IMG/VR virus record: IMGVR_UViG_3300025617_001208
Span: 1-64,000 of that record
DNA length: 64,000 nt
Source: a virus
Strand: one strand, 5' to 3'
Position numbers and translations under genes: made by a program. Shown here one piece after another: positions 18,550 through 28,430 of this stretch. A model generated the notes under the pieces. That model was not told the DNA's origin and searched no databases. It saw only the letters and a list, made by a program, of their open reading frames with translations. Position 1 is the stretch's first letter, and every line of letters starts with the position of its first letter.

Positions 18550-19910
18550 TGTATTTTTCCTTTATAATCTACGTAATCCTTTATTTGTTCCCAAAGCTCG
18601 GGCAAAGATTCTTGTATTTTTTGATTGCGCAGTTTATCAACATCGGCACTATATTCAACAAAGTCTTGTAAACTATTATTTGTATTTTTTGAAAAACTAC
18701 TTATAATATGTTTAATCATGTATCTAAAACGTACAAATATTTCATACTCGTCTAGATTATCAACACGTTTAGAATGCTTTTTAATAATTTCTTCTAGCTG
18801 ATCAATAACTTCTTGCTTTTGCGGTAACATTGTACTTGTTAAATAATTAGGTGTTTGCAACATTGTAGGACTAAATCTTGCTATTTCATATATGTAACTA
18901 ATGTCTGTACCGTGTTTGTTTTTGCGAATATACTTAGAATATAAATCATTGTCTACAATAAATTTTTTACCGTATAATTCTTCTTGTAAATTTTCCCACC
19001 AGTTCCACATTTTTGGTAATTGTAAAATATTATACAAACTAATAGTTGGAGAAAATACAATATCAAAGTTTTTATATTCTTTTGCTAAACTTAGCCATTT
19101 TTTAGCACTTTCTTCAACAGTATGCCATTTACTCGGATAACGTATATAATCATTAACTTCATCTAATCCGTCAATACTTAAATAAATTTGTACTAACCCA
19201 AATTGTTTTAACCTATCAATTATTTTTGACTTAGGAACCCAACTACAATTAGTATATATTTGTAGCATAATATTATCTGTATGTCCACTTTCAATAACCT
19301 TGTCTATAAAAGGAATAAATGTAGGAACAATCATAGGCTCGCCGCCGGTCATTTTTATTAACTGTGTTTCTTTAAAATCATCCGCAGTAAAGTTCAAATC
19401 TAACACTTGCGGACGTTTACTAAAATCAAACCTATCTTTGTAATGTTCTGCTAATACTTTGTCATCTGCATCCCACGTTGTACTTAAATCACTACTACAC
19501 ATTCTACATGCAAGATTGCAGTATCTACCTGTTGTTAGTTCTAAGTATTTAAAACTGAGCTGTTGATTAACATCGATAGGCCTAAATTCGTTTTGCTCAT
19601 TCCATGCATTATTAGCATTAAACCTCATACTAAATTTGTCGCCGGCGTCTTCTTTGTCGCACTTGTAACACCCAGGAATTGTTTTTCCTTTAAGCATATC
19701 GGTACGTAAGTCATTCCAAAAATCACTTTCCATTATTTCTTTAAATGATTTTTCTTTTACATTATACTGAGACATTATAGGATTGCCTTTTTCGTCTCTG
19801 TATGCTTCATTCATATGATCAAACCGACAACAAGGCTTTGCTTGCCCATTGGGTTTTAGTTGCATGTGTATCCATGGATATATGCAAAAACTATTTTTTA
19901 CTACTGTCAT
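18546..19910 (-). CDS. radical SAM protein with N-terminal twitch domain
   Basis: CNLACRMC, TGGEP, SIDG; N-term FCIYPW...PCC...GCYKC. Confidence 0.9.
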   Translation of the reverse strand: MTVVKNSFCIYPWIHMQLKPNGQAKPCCRFDHMNEAYRDEKGNPIMSQYNVKEKSFKEIMESDFWNDLRTDMLKGKTIPGCYKCDKEDAGDKFSMRFNANNAWNEQNEFRPIDVNQQLSFKYLELTTGRYCNLACRMCSSDLSTTWDADDKVLAEHYKDRFDFSKRPQVLDLNFTADDFKETQLIKMTGGEPMIVPTFIPFIDKVIESGHTDNIMLQIYTNCSWVPKSKIIDRLKQFGLVQIYLSIDGLDEVNDYIRYPSKWHTVEESAKKWLSLAKEYKNFDIVFSPTISLYNILQLPKMWNWWENLQEELYGKKFIVDNDLYSKYIRKNKHGTDISYIYEIARFSPTMLQTPNYLTSTMLPQKQEVIDQLEEIIKKHSKRVDNLDEYEIFVRFRYMIKHIISSFSKNTNNSLQDFVEYSADVDKLRNQKIQESLPELWEQIKDYVDYKGKIQ

Positions 19911-20931
19911 TTACATAAACCGTTTTATTTTGAAATTTTTTGCCACATGTTCTTGCACAAGTTAATAATTTTCCTTCAGCAATACTTTTTAGTTTAAAGC
20001 GTCTTTCTATATCATATAAATTTTCAATTGCTTGTTCAGGAGTTACTTTATGCAAATCAACTCCGTTCATATCAAACTCTTGATTAAATTGAAATGCTCC
20101 GGGGCTATCATGATGTAATGTTCCTAAGAAACAACAAGGCATTAAGTGACCTGTATGTGCTAAAAATAATTCTTTCCAATCTTGTATTTGACATTCAATT
20201 TCTACATTGTCAAATGGAGTAGGCTTTTTGTAATCAAATTTAAAAGTTGCAGGACCAGGAACATGATTTTGTTCGCCTACATTTGGGTGCCTATATTCTT
20301 TAGTTTCAGGCGGTTCTAAATCATAAAGCCTATTTCCATCTTCCATTACTGCCCAGTTCTTATGTCCTCTAAACTTTTGTGTAACTTTAAGTCTAAAATC
20401 CATGCCTAAATTTGCAGCTAATTCTTTTGCTTCTTCAACTTGATGCTCATTGTGTTTAAAAACAATAAACGTCCATGCACCGTTTCCGCCTGCTTCTTGA
20501 AATGCCTTTACATTGTTCCAGACCTTATCCCAAACAACTCCTCTTCTATAAAGATGATTAGTATCTTCAAGTCCGTCGATAGCAAAGTGTACTCTTGTGT
20601 TCATCGAACCAAGTTCTGCCCACCATTTTTTACTACGATATCCTGCATTAGTATCAATAGCAACATCAACATTGTGTTTTTTAAACCATTTAACATAGTT
20701 AACTAAACTTTTGTTTAAACAAGGATCGCCATAGACACCACTAAAATAAACATGATCTAAATTTTTAGTGCGATTTTCAGTAAAAAATTTAAAAAACATC
20801 TCGTCTTCTAAATCCATAGTATTTAAACCTGGTTGTAAATATCCATCTGTTGTAAATCTACTGCACATTGGACATTTGCTATTACATCTACCGCTGGCTT
20901 CTATATGTACACGTTTTAGATCAGGGACCAT
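19891..20931 (-). CDS. radical SAM protein with C-terminal twitch domain
   Basis: CNSKCPMC, SGVYGDP, AIDG; C-term C...PCC...CARTC. Confidence 0.9.
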   Translation of the reverse strand: MVPDLKRVHIEASGRCNSKCPMCSRFTTDGYLQPGLNTMDLEDEMFFKFFTENRTKNLDHVYFSGVYGDPCLNKSLVNYVKWFKKHNVDVAIDTNAGYRSKKWWAELGSMNTRVHFAIDGLEDTNHLYRRGVVWDKVWNNVKAFQEAGGNGAWTFIVFKHNEHQVEEAKELAANLGMDFRLKVTQKFRGHKNWAVMEDGNRLYDLEPPETKEYRHPNVGEQNHVPGPATFKFDYKKPTPFDNVEIECQIQDWKELFLAHTGHLMPCCFLGTLHHDSPGAFQFNQEFDMNGVDLHKVTPEQAIENLYDIERRFKLKSIAEGKLLTCARTCGKKFQNKTVYVNDSSKK

Positions 20932-21755
20932 TAAATTTTCCTTGTAGTCATTAGGCTTAAGCCTGCTTTCATTGTAACATTATATTTTGGAAAATCCATA
21001 CCGCTATGTGCCTGACATCTATCAAAAGCAATAATACTGCCTCTGTCCCAATTATACATTGCTTCAAAATCAAAACCTTCTAGCCAACGTGCAGGAAAAT
21101 GGCTTAAATATTTTTCTCTTACTTCTGGATCAAACGGTTTATTCCAATTAACATCTTTAACTGTTCCGTCTTTGTTATAACAAGTCAATCCATCGTAATT
21201 ACGTACCGTATAAAAAACATCTGTGTCGTATTTGTTATCACTTTTTGCAAAGTTAGTTCCAAATTTAATAAATCTGTTATCAAATAAACAAGTACCCGCA
21301 GGAGGAATTTTATCAGTGCCTTTGTATGTTTTGTTTGTATGCCCAACCCATAAAGGAATAATGATTTGCCTGCCCGGTACAAGCCCCCTGTCCATTAAAT
21401 ACTCTGGACGACCTGTGTCAATATGTAAATTGTAAGGACTAGCAGTCATTACAAAATTGCCTTCCCACATACCTGTTTGTTCTAATTCAGGAACATATTT
21501 TTTCCATTTATCAAAAAATTTGTCTTCGATGGCAGTATTGTCGCTAAAGAAATGTAATGTTCCTGTTTCCTTAACACGCATTTTGTTATAGCGTTTGAGC
21601 ATATGCTCCTTTAACCATTCTAATTCATCTTCGTCCATTACATCTTGTACTTGAAAACTGTCAGTCCAGGTTTCTTTCCATGCGTTATGATATTCTTCTG
21701 CTACCTCAAAATCAATCTTGGTATCAGGATCGGTATCTAATTTTGCTATACTCAT
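20931..21755 (-). CDS. putative Fe(II)/2OG oxygenase
   Basis: LHIDTG and WDRGSIIAFDRCQAH. Start moved to ATG 21755 (ATGA overlap). Confidence 0.65.
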   Translation of the reverse strand: MSIAKLDTDPDTKIDFEVAEEYHNAWKETWTDSFQVQDVMDEDELEWLKEHMLKRYNKMRVKETGTLHFFSDNTAIEDKFFDKWKKYVPELEQTGMWEGNFVMTASPYNLHIDTGRPEYLMDRGLVPGRQIIIPLWVGHTNKTYKGTDKIPPAGTCLFDNRFIKFGTNFAKSDNKYDTDVFYTVRNYDGLTCYNKDGTVKDVNWNKPFDPEVREKYLSHFPARWLEGFDFEAMYNWDRGSIIAFDRCQAHSGMDFPKYNVTMKAGLSLMTTRKI

Positions 21756-22309
21756 TGTTCGTTCCAATACTTATCTTGCATAGGATCAATACTAATCTCA
21801 TTTATTCCTATGTCTTTAGGCTGATCAACAATCCATTTGATATATTGTGCTGCCCTATCAATGTCTAAACATATTCGTTGTGGATGCTTCATTGTATTAT
21901 TACTTAGCGTTCCAAAACTTATGTAAGTAATTTTTGGACTTGTTCCCCATACTCCACTTATACCAAGTGTGTTACTATAATCACGCAATGCTTTCTTTTC
22001 TGCATTATAACGCCATGCTTTTCCATTTTTTACACGATCGGTAGTGCTACCTATGTTTATAATATGCGGCCTATGTTTGTGTTCTACACATAATTTATAA
22101 ACTTCATCTAATAAATTTGTTTGATGAAATTTAAATAATGCTGCACAATTTATAAAAACGTCATGTTCTAACACCAATTTTGCAACACGAACTTGATCTT
22201 CTCTTAAACTTAAATCGTACCCAGTATTTCTACTACAAAACTGTGCATTAGGATAAATTTTTTCTAATGCGCCTGCAACACCAACATCCTTGTTACCTGT
22301 AATAATCAT
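21752..22309 (-). CDS. short-chain dehydrogenase/reductase (compact, atypical)
   Basis: ITGNKDVGVA, DVFINCA, IINIGS, YNAEK (YxxxK). Confidence 0.8.
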   Translation of the reverse strand: MIITGNKDVGVAGALEKIYPNAQFCSRNTGYDLSLREDQVRVAKLVLEHDVFINCAALFKFHQTNLLDEVYKLCVEHKHRPHIINIGSTTDRVKNGKAWRYNAEKKALRDYSNTLGISGVWGTSPKITYISFGTLSNNTMKHPQRICLDIDRAAQYIKWIVDQPKDIGINEISIDPMQDKYWNEQ

Positions 22310-23619
22310 ATATACTCCGAAAACATTGGCTCAACATCGAGCAAATTTTCATTTCTTATGCAATCTAAATCTTGTGTATATTTTAAAAATTCGTTCCAAT
22401 GTGTTTCATAATAACTATCGCTATTCATATATCTAATAACACTGTTTTTAATTTCAATTGCTTTATTAAAAGTATTTTCAGAAAAATCTTGCGATTCGCA
22501 CCATACTATAAAATTATCAAAATTTTGCACAATTTGATTTTTCATTTCATCTGGCAATACTCTAATATTTAAATGCTTAGGATGATGTGCAACGTGATGA
22601 GTGATAATTGGACGCTTTTTAGTGCTATTAATTTTTTTAAATTTGCTTTCAGTTAATTTCCACTTCATAAAATCAATCATATGATTTACGTTGTATGCGG
22701 TAACTGTAAATGCTAACCAACCCATTATATTTGGCGAAGTGTTATCTAATATTTGTAAATTTTTATAAATTTTATTCCATTTTGCAGGATGACGTTGATA
22801 TTCTAAAACTTCGTTCATACCATCTACACTAGCACCTACACGCACTTGTTTAAAACTTTCCCATAATTTTACAACTCTAGGAGGCAATGTACTCATGTTA
22901 GTATTGTATTCTACGATCATATTTTTGGCACTACCGTTTTCTATGCAACGTTCTAAAAAGTCGTAGTGTCTTTCAATTAGCATTGGCTCACCGCCTGCAA
23001 AGTAAACATGTTTAATGTTGTGTGCATTGGCTTCAAGTTGCTCCCAAAACGGTTCGTGGCTTGGCCAATCAAATTCAGTTGCACAAAGTTTATTACCTAT
23101 TTGTTTAATTTCTACTTCGCCGCTAGTATCTTTAAATGTATTTTTTCCTGTTAGTTTAATCCAGTCATCATACCATGCATCGCTGTCAGTTGGTCCACAC
23201 ATACGACATTTTAAATTACAAAAATTACCAAAACGTAAATCATAATATTCAACAGGAGTTTCTTCTATATCAATACTTCCGTCTAACTCAGTTTGCTCCT
23301 GTGCTTTTTGTAAGGTAAAATTAGGCCAATTTTGTTGTTCATACTGACGTCTGCTATTAAGTCCGTTTTCTTCTTCACTACGACATCTTCCGCACTCTTC
23401 GCTCCAGTTTCCTATGAGCATATTAGTACGAATAGTTTTCATAAAATCTGCATTGCGAGCATCTTGTAATACGTCAGCACCTGCGTTATACGCAGCACCG
23501 TCTTCCTTACGTATTACACCTTTGTTTTTTGTTACATTTGCTTGACAACATACTCGTATATCTCCGTTTGCTCTTACAGCTTGAAATATCCACGGTATTG
23601 GACAAAATGTATTAGACAT
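22306..23619 (-). CDS. radical SAM protein with N-terminal twitch domain
   Basis: CNLKCRMC, AGGEP; N-term FCPIPW...VCC...ECGRC. Confidence 0.9.
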   Translation of the reverse strand: MSNTFCPIPWIFQAVRANGDIRVCCQANVTKNKGVIRKEDGAAYNAGADVLQDARNADFMKTIRTNMLIGNWSEECGRCRSEEENGLNSRRQYEQQNWPNFTLQKAQEQTELDGSIDIEETPVEYYDLRFGNFCNLKCRMCGPTDSDAWYDDWIKLTGKNTFKDTSGEVEIKQIGNKLCATEFDWPSHEPFWEQLEANAHNIKHVYFAGGEPMLIERHYDFLERCIENGSAKNMIVEYNTNMSTLPPRVVKLWESFKQVRVGASVDGMNEVLEYQRHPAKWNKIYKNLQILDNTSPNIMGWLAFTVTAYNVNHMIDFMKWKLTESKFKKINSTKKRPIITHHVAHHPKHLNIRVLPDEMKNQIVQNFDNFIVWCESQDFSENTFNKAIEIKNSVIRYMNSDSYYETHWNEFLKYTQDLDCIRNENLLDVEPMFSEYI

Positions 23620-25021
23620 TGTTGAAAATATCCTTCATTTCAGGAAATACTTCCTGCCAATTTAAATTACGTTGTTTATCGCATAATTCAATGAACTCGC
23701 GCATTTCGGGTAAACGTACACTCCAGTCTTCGCTTTCCATAAACTTGAGCATACCTTCCAAACGTTTTAGCCCATAAGGTGCATTATCAAACATTGCTTT
23801 TGTAACTTTGCCCTTGTGCCAACTTGGAACACCTAGTTCCCAGTTTTCTTCCCACCATGGATAAAACTCCTCATACTTTTTGCGTACTTCTGCTTTGAAC
23901 CATTCTGGCAATACTTTAACATTTAGGTGCGGTGGATGGTATACAAAGTGATAGTTTACGCCGCCGGCGCCAAATGGCCACATATTAATCTTTTTAAATT
24001 TTTGTTCTAGTTTCCAACGAATAAAATCTGGTATGTAATATATGTTTAATGCTTGTACTGCACATGCTACAGTGATTTCTACATTGTTACTTGTTTCGTT
24101 GTCAAGTATATGAAATACTTCTTCTTGACGTTTCCATTTACTTGGATAACGAATATAGTCGTTCATTTCGTGTATGCTGTCTACCGAATAGTGAAACCGT
24201 ACCAGCTTAAATTCTCGCCATAAATCAAATAAATCCTCTCGCCATTCAACTCCGTTTGAGTTATAACGTAGTTCGAGATCTTTTGCATAACCCATTTTAA
24301 TTGCATGTTCAAGTATTTCATAATGTTCCTCGATAATAAGACTTTCGCCACCTGCAAAATATATCTGCTGCATACTAGGCATTTGTTCGTAAAACTGTTT
24401 CCAGAATGTGTCATTTTGTTTATGCCAATTATAACTGCTACCGTTGTAACTGCCTTTGTCTTGCCATTGCATAGTCTCTTTAAGACTGTCGTTTTCAACT
24501 GCTGGAAATATTTTTTTGTAGTCTTTGATCCATCCACTACTATCGTGCGGGCTACACATTACACAAGCAAGCTGACATTTGGTACCAAACCGTAAATCGA
24601 TATATGCTAACTGCGGTGGAACACTGCCATCTTCTTCTGTATTAGCAATTAGTTGATCTACATCTGTTCGTTGGCTCCAGTATGCTGTTTCCCACATACG
24701 TTTACTGTTATGCCCTGCTGCTTCTTCTTTGTAACATTTTAAACAGCTAGGCGGCTTTTCACCAGCTAACATTTGCTTACGAACATTTCGCATATAGTTG
24801 CTATTCCAAGCAGTTTCGAAATCTGTAACGTTTAAGTTATTAGGTTTACCGTCATCGGTTTTAAGAATACCGACTTGACCGCCGTGCTCTTTATCATTAG
24901 TAGCGCCTACACTACTAGCGTTTGCTGTACAGCATACTCGCATGCTGCCATCTGGTCTTGTGCTTAAATGCACCCATGGCAATATGCAAAATGTTTCGGA
25001 AGGGGCTTTTCTATCTGTCAT
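23612..25021 (-). CDS. radical SAM protein with N-terminal twitch domain
   Basis: CQLACVMC, AGGES; N-term FCILPW...VCC...SCLKC. Confidence 0.9.
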   Translation of the reverse strand: MTDRKAPSETFCILPWVHLSTRPDGSMRVCCTANASSVGATNDKEHGGQVGILKTDDGKPNNLNVTDFETAWNSNYMRNVRKQMLAGEKPPSCLKCYKEEAAGHNSKRMWETAYWSQRTDVDQLIANTEEDGSVPPQLAYIDLRFGTKCQLACVMCSPHDSSGWIKDYKKIFPAVENDSLKETMQWQDKGSYNGSSYNWHKQNDTFWKQFYEQMPSMQQIYFAGGESLIIEEHYEILEHAIKMGYAKDLELRYNSNGVEWREDLFDLWREFKLVRFHYSVDSIHEMNDYIRYPSKWKRQEEVFHILDNETSNNVEITVACAVQALNIYYIPDFIRWKLEQKFKKINMWPFGAGGVNYHFVYHPPHLNVKVLPEWFKAEVRKKYEEFYPWWEENWELGVPSWHKGKVTKAMFDNAPYGLKRLEGMLKFMESEDWSVRLPEMREFIELCDKQRNLNWQEVFPEMKDIFNNV

Positions 25022-25048
25022 ACTATATTTATTCCGTTAACTACGTAC

Positions 25049-26410
25049 TTAATTATTTTCTGTTTGATTTAAAAACTGTTGTGCAATTTTTTCAATTTTT
25101 ATATATTTGTTGCTAGTAAACCCTGGTGTACCATAAGGCATTGCAAAATCACCAAATATGTGTACAGTGTTAGGTATTCTACTAATTAAATAATCTTGTG
25201 CTCTAGCTCTGTCAATTAAACTGTGAAACATGCTTGTAGGTTTGTAATGGTATACGTTACTTAGCCACAATATTTTGTTTCCGTCAACATTTAAAAAATC
25301 ATGTATTTTATCTGCTTGATCTGTTTGTTGTCTTACTAACAAGTAATTTACTCTTTCAAACCGAACCTTTATATTGTTTCTAAATTCATTCCACCATATA
25401 CACCATTCATCAACTCCGCCAAAGTGTTCAATAAATTCAGAATTAAAATCACCAAAATTTTCAGCAACAAAGTTTCCATTGTGTATGCGTGTGTCAATAC
25501 TTTGAATAAATTGTTTATAATCTCTGCCGTCCCAAGTTTCATACATCTTACGCATTACGTACAAACTAAACTTGTCATAATCAGCAAACATTAATTCAAA
25601 GTTATCTGCATATCCTATTTCGTGTATTGTTTTTAAATGATTAAGACCTGCTGCTACTGTAACCATACGTGTTAGTGGCTGTTGTGTAGTACAGCTTTTT
25701 ACAAATCTAGGATTTGTATTATTTGTATCTGTATTATATACATAAAACTTACTAATACATTGCTTTTCTGTAAGTTGAGTTAATTTATCATTAGCATCGT
25801 CAGTATCAGGGTATAAATAGAATTTACTTTTGCGTACAAAGTCGTCAAAACTTCTTATAGTATATCCAGCAGTTAAAATGTCATGTACTATTTTATATCC
25901 AGGTTTACAATTTTCATATGTACTTGTAAACATACTTGGAGCAATCCAATGCGGAGTATATTCGTCATGATGATTTTCTTCACTTCTAGCAGGTTGTATT
26001 AGATCTACAGATTGTTTACATCTATCAAAGTTGCAAGAACTTACTTGTTTTAATTTCTTAATGTTTAAATAAAATGCTTGATCGTGTATTTCTATATAAC
26101 GTTCTTGTCTATCTAGAATGTGTCCAACTAATATATCGTCATCAATAAGAAAACTATCTAATGTTTCTAAAAATCTGCCATGTACTTCAAGATCATTGCC
26201 CATATTAATACAGACCAAATGCTCGATGTTTTTTTCAACAGAATAATTAATAGCTGATTGATGACTGTCAAACTTTTTAATATTTTTTAGTCCTAGCTGA
26301 GCTCCCAATTCGACCCACCAAAACTCGGTTAGATTTTTACTAACTCCTTTTGTAATATTGCTTTTTGATAAATTCATATTATCAATAAATGCTATAAAGA
26401 AATTTCTCAT
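25049..26410 (-). CDS. hypothetical protein (possible glycosyltransferase-like N-domain + Rossmann/methyltransferase-like C-domain)
   Basis: Start moved to ATG 26410 (ATGA overlap). LVGHILD...HDQAFYLN; VAAGL...FADY...WDG...LWLSN. Confidence 0.65.
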   Translation of the reverse strand: MRNFFIAFIDNMNLSKSNITKGVSKNLTEFWWVELGAQLGLKNIKKFDSHQSAINYSVEKNIEHLVCINMGNDLEVHGRFLETLDSFLIDDDILVGHILDRQERYIEIHDQAFYLNIKKLKQVSSCNFDRCKQSVDLIQPARSEENHHDEYTPHWIAPSMFTSTYENCKPGYKIVHDILTAGYTIRSFDDFVRKSKFYLYPDTDDANDKLTQLTEKQCISKFYVYNTDTNNTNPRFVKSCTTQQPLTRMVTVAAGLNHLKTIHEIGYADNFELMFADYDKFSLYVMRKMYETWDGRDYKQFIQSIDTRIHNGNFVAENFGDFNSEFIEHFGGVDEWCIWWNEFRNNIKVRFERVNYLLVRQQTDQADKIHDFLNVDGNKILWLSNVYHYKPTSMFHSLIDRARAQDYLISRIPNTVHIFGDFAMPYGTPGFTSNKYIKIEKIAQQFLNQTENN

Positions 26411-27423
26411 ATTTTTGTTAACCTTTTTACTGTACAAGTATCTGCACATCTTTTTATTTTTCCGCACTTGCCTTCGCCTACTGGATTGTTAAAACTTTCT
26501 ATCAGATCATTTGCAAAAAACTCGTGTTTGATAATGTCATCAACACTATGATGCTCTAAACTATTAAATGTTTCACCGTAGTTTTTATTGATACGTGCAG
26601 TCATATGATCATACATTCCGTGACGCATAAAATATCCATTGTGTAAAAAACAACAAGGCCATATTTTACTATCATAACTCATAAAATACATTTTGCGTTC
26701 TAAGCTATGACAGTTGATAGGCAACTTTTCTTTTTCACTGTAATCCTTAGGCGGCAAATCAATATTAGGCACAGGACGATTTGCTGTTTTTTTCTTAACA
26801 ATACTTAGTTGTGTTTCTTGTTCGGTTATGTGAGATAAGTCGTATCGTTTGTGAAAACTTTTAAATCCCATTTTATAAGCAAGTTCTTCAGCTTCATCTA
26901 CTTGATGTTCATTCCACGGAAATATCAAATATTGCCAAATAACAGTGGCACCTGTACCAATTGCTGCTTTTGCATTTTCAATAATTTTATTGTAGTTTGT
27001 CTTTTGTCTATAAATGTGATTAGTGTTTGCCAACCCATCAATACTAAAATGTAAACTGTGATTAGGAAACTTTAGTAGTTCTTTACCTATTTTTTCAAAA
27101 TATTCTGGTGAACGCAAACTTCCATTTGTGTGTATACTTGGAACTAGTTTATTATTAATATTACTTGCAATTGATAAAAATTTATCAAACTCAGGATGCA
27201 TAAAAGGATCGTCTACAGTGCCACAAAACTCCAAGTCTGTTAGTGTACTCATAGTATCCGATTTTAGTAGTTTTTCAAATGTTTCTAGTTTTACTAATTT
27301 CTTTTTTGGTATAATTTTTTTAGTTTCGTTATAGTTAAATTGTTCAGTTCTATGACAACCCAAGCATAATGCATTACACATACTAGACAATTCCATTTGT
27401 AATATACTAGCCTGACTAAACAT
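26407..27423 (-). CDS. radical SAM protein with C-terminal twitch domain
   Basis: CNALCLGC, CGTVDDP, SIDG; C-term C...PCC...CADTC. Start moved to ATG 27423. Confidence 0.9.
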   Translation of the reverse strand: MFSQASILQMELSSMCNALCLGCHRTEQFNYNETKKIIPKKKLVKLETFEKLLKSDTMSTLTDLEFCGTVDDPFMHPEFDKFLSIASNINNKLVPSIHTNGSLRSPEYFEKIGKELLKFPNHSLHFSIDGLANTNHIYRQKTNYNKIIENAKAAIGTGATVIWQYLIFPWNEHQVDEAEELAYKMGFKSFHKRYDLSHITEQETQLSIVKKKTANRPVPNIDLPPKDYSEKEKLPINCHSLERKMYFMSYDSKIWPCCFLHNGYFMRHGMYDHMTARINKNYGETFNSLEHHSVDDIIKHEFFANDLIESFNNPVGEGKCGKIKRCADTCTVKRLTKI

Positions 27424-27712
27424 TAACCTTTTCCTTAATTTTGCGAGAGCCGTTTTTAGGACAATGTCTAACACATCCTATATAAGGATTTTTAGTTCTC
27501 CATGTATTATAAATTTTATCCCAAAGTTTTACAATTTTTTTTGGATGATTATTTTGCAACTTTAACATTTCGTAATCTTTACCAAATAAATCTCTTAGCT
27601 CGTGTTCGTGATTAGAATGTGTAGTTAAATAGCAGCATGGCAAAAATAAACCATTAATTTCTACAAAAGGATGTAAATTTTCCATGCACATTGGTTTAAT
27701 TTTTTTATACAT
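27416..27712 (-). CDS. stand-alone twitch/SPASM-like Fe-S domain
   Basis: PMC...G.FLPCCY...W...GCVRHC matches the C-terminal domains of neighbouring rSAMs. Confidence 0.75.
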   Translation of the reverse strand: MYKKIKPMCMENLHPFVEINGLFLPCCYLTTHSNHEHELRDLFGKDYEMLKLQNNHPKKIVKLWDKIYNTWRTKNPYIGCVRHCPKNGSRKIKEKVNV

Positions 27713-28430
27713 TTAACGAGCTCACTATTGTATCGGTATTATTTTTTGGATAACTGAAATTATAGCCGCCTAGTTTTAAAACTTTCCAAGCCCAACGTGC
27801 AGAAAAGTCAGGACGTAACCATTCATGCTGGCCTACATGCGGCCAATCAAATCTAATATAATCAAACTTAGCGTTAATTGCTTCTTTTACTATATCAACT
27901 AATTTCCATTTGTTATAAGAAAAACAGATTGTTTTTTGAATTATTGTTGGTTTATTTTCAACTTGCAATAAAGACTGAATTCCTATATCTATACTTTGAA
28001 TATCCCCATTTACTCTATATTTTGTAAAATTTTCTCTAGTGCCATCAATTGAAAAATATATACAATCAGTTGGCTTCATTACATTACCTAATTCTTTCCA
28101 AAACTTTTTATCTCTGTAACTTCCGTTTGTGTGCATTTGTATTGTAATTGGCGAGCCAGTTTCAATTTCTCTTTCTCTAATAAATTGCACAAGCGGTATT
28201 AAATCAGGATAGTAAATTGGATCTCCCCAATTTCCACAAAACTCAATTCCAGAAGGGTTAGTTTTATTGATTAATTTTGTATAATTTTTATAATTAACAT
28301 GAACGGTGTTTGTTATATCAGGAATTGTGTTTTTAGGAGCAGTAGTTCGAGCACACGCCAAGCATCCTAGTGTGCATTTATATGTTAGTCCTAAATGTAA
28401 AGAATCAATTTCTCTACCTTTCCAATTCAT
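27705..28430 (-). CDS. radical SAM core lacking the C-terminal twitch domain
   Basis: CTLGCLAC, CGNWGDP, HTNGS, SIDG; 241 aa. Confidence 0.85.
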   Translation of the reverse strand: MNWKGREIDSLHLGLTYKCTLGCLACARTTAPKNTIPDITNTVHVNYKNYTKLINKTNPSGIEFCGNWGDPIYYPDLIPLVQFIREREIETGSPITIQMHTNGSYRDKKFWKELGNVMKPTDCIYFSIDGTRENFTKYRVNGDIQSIDIGIQSLLQVENKPTIIQKTICFSYNKWKLVDIVKEAINAKFDYIRFDWPHVGQHEWLRPDFSARWAWKVLKLGGYNFSYPKNNTDTIVSSLNV

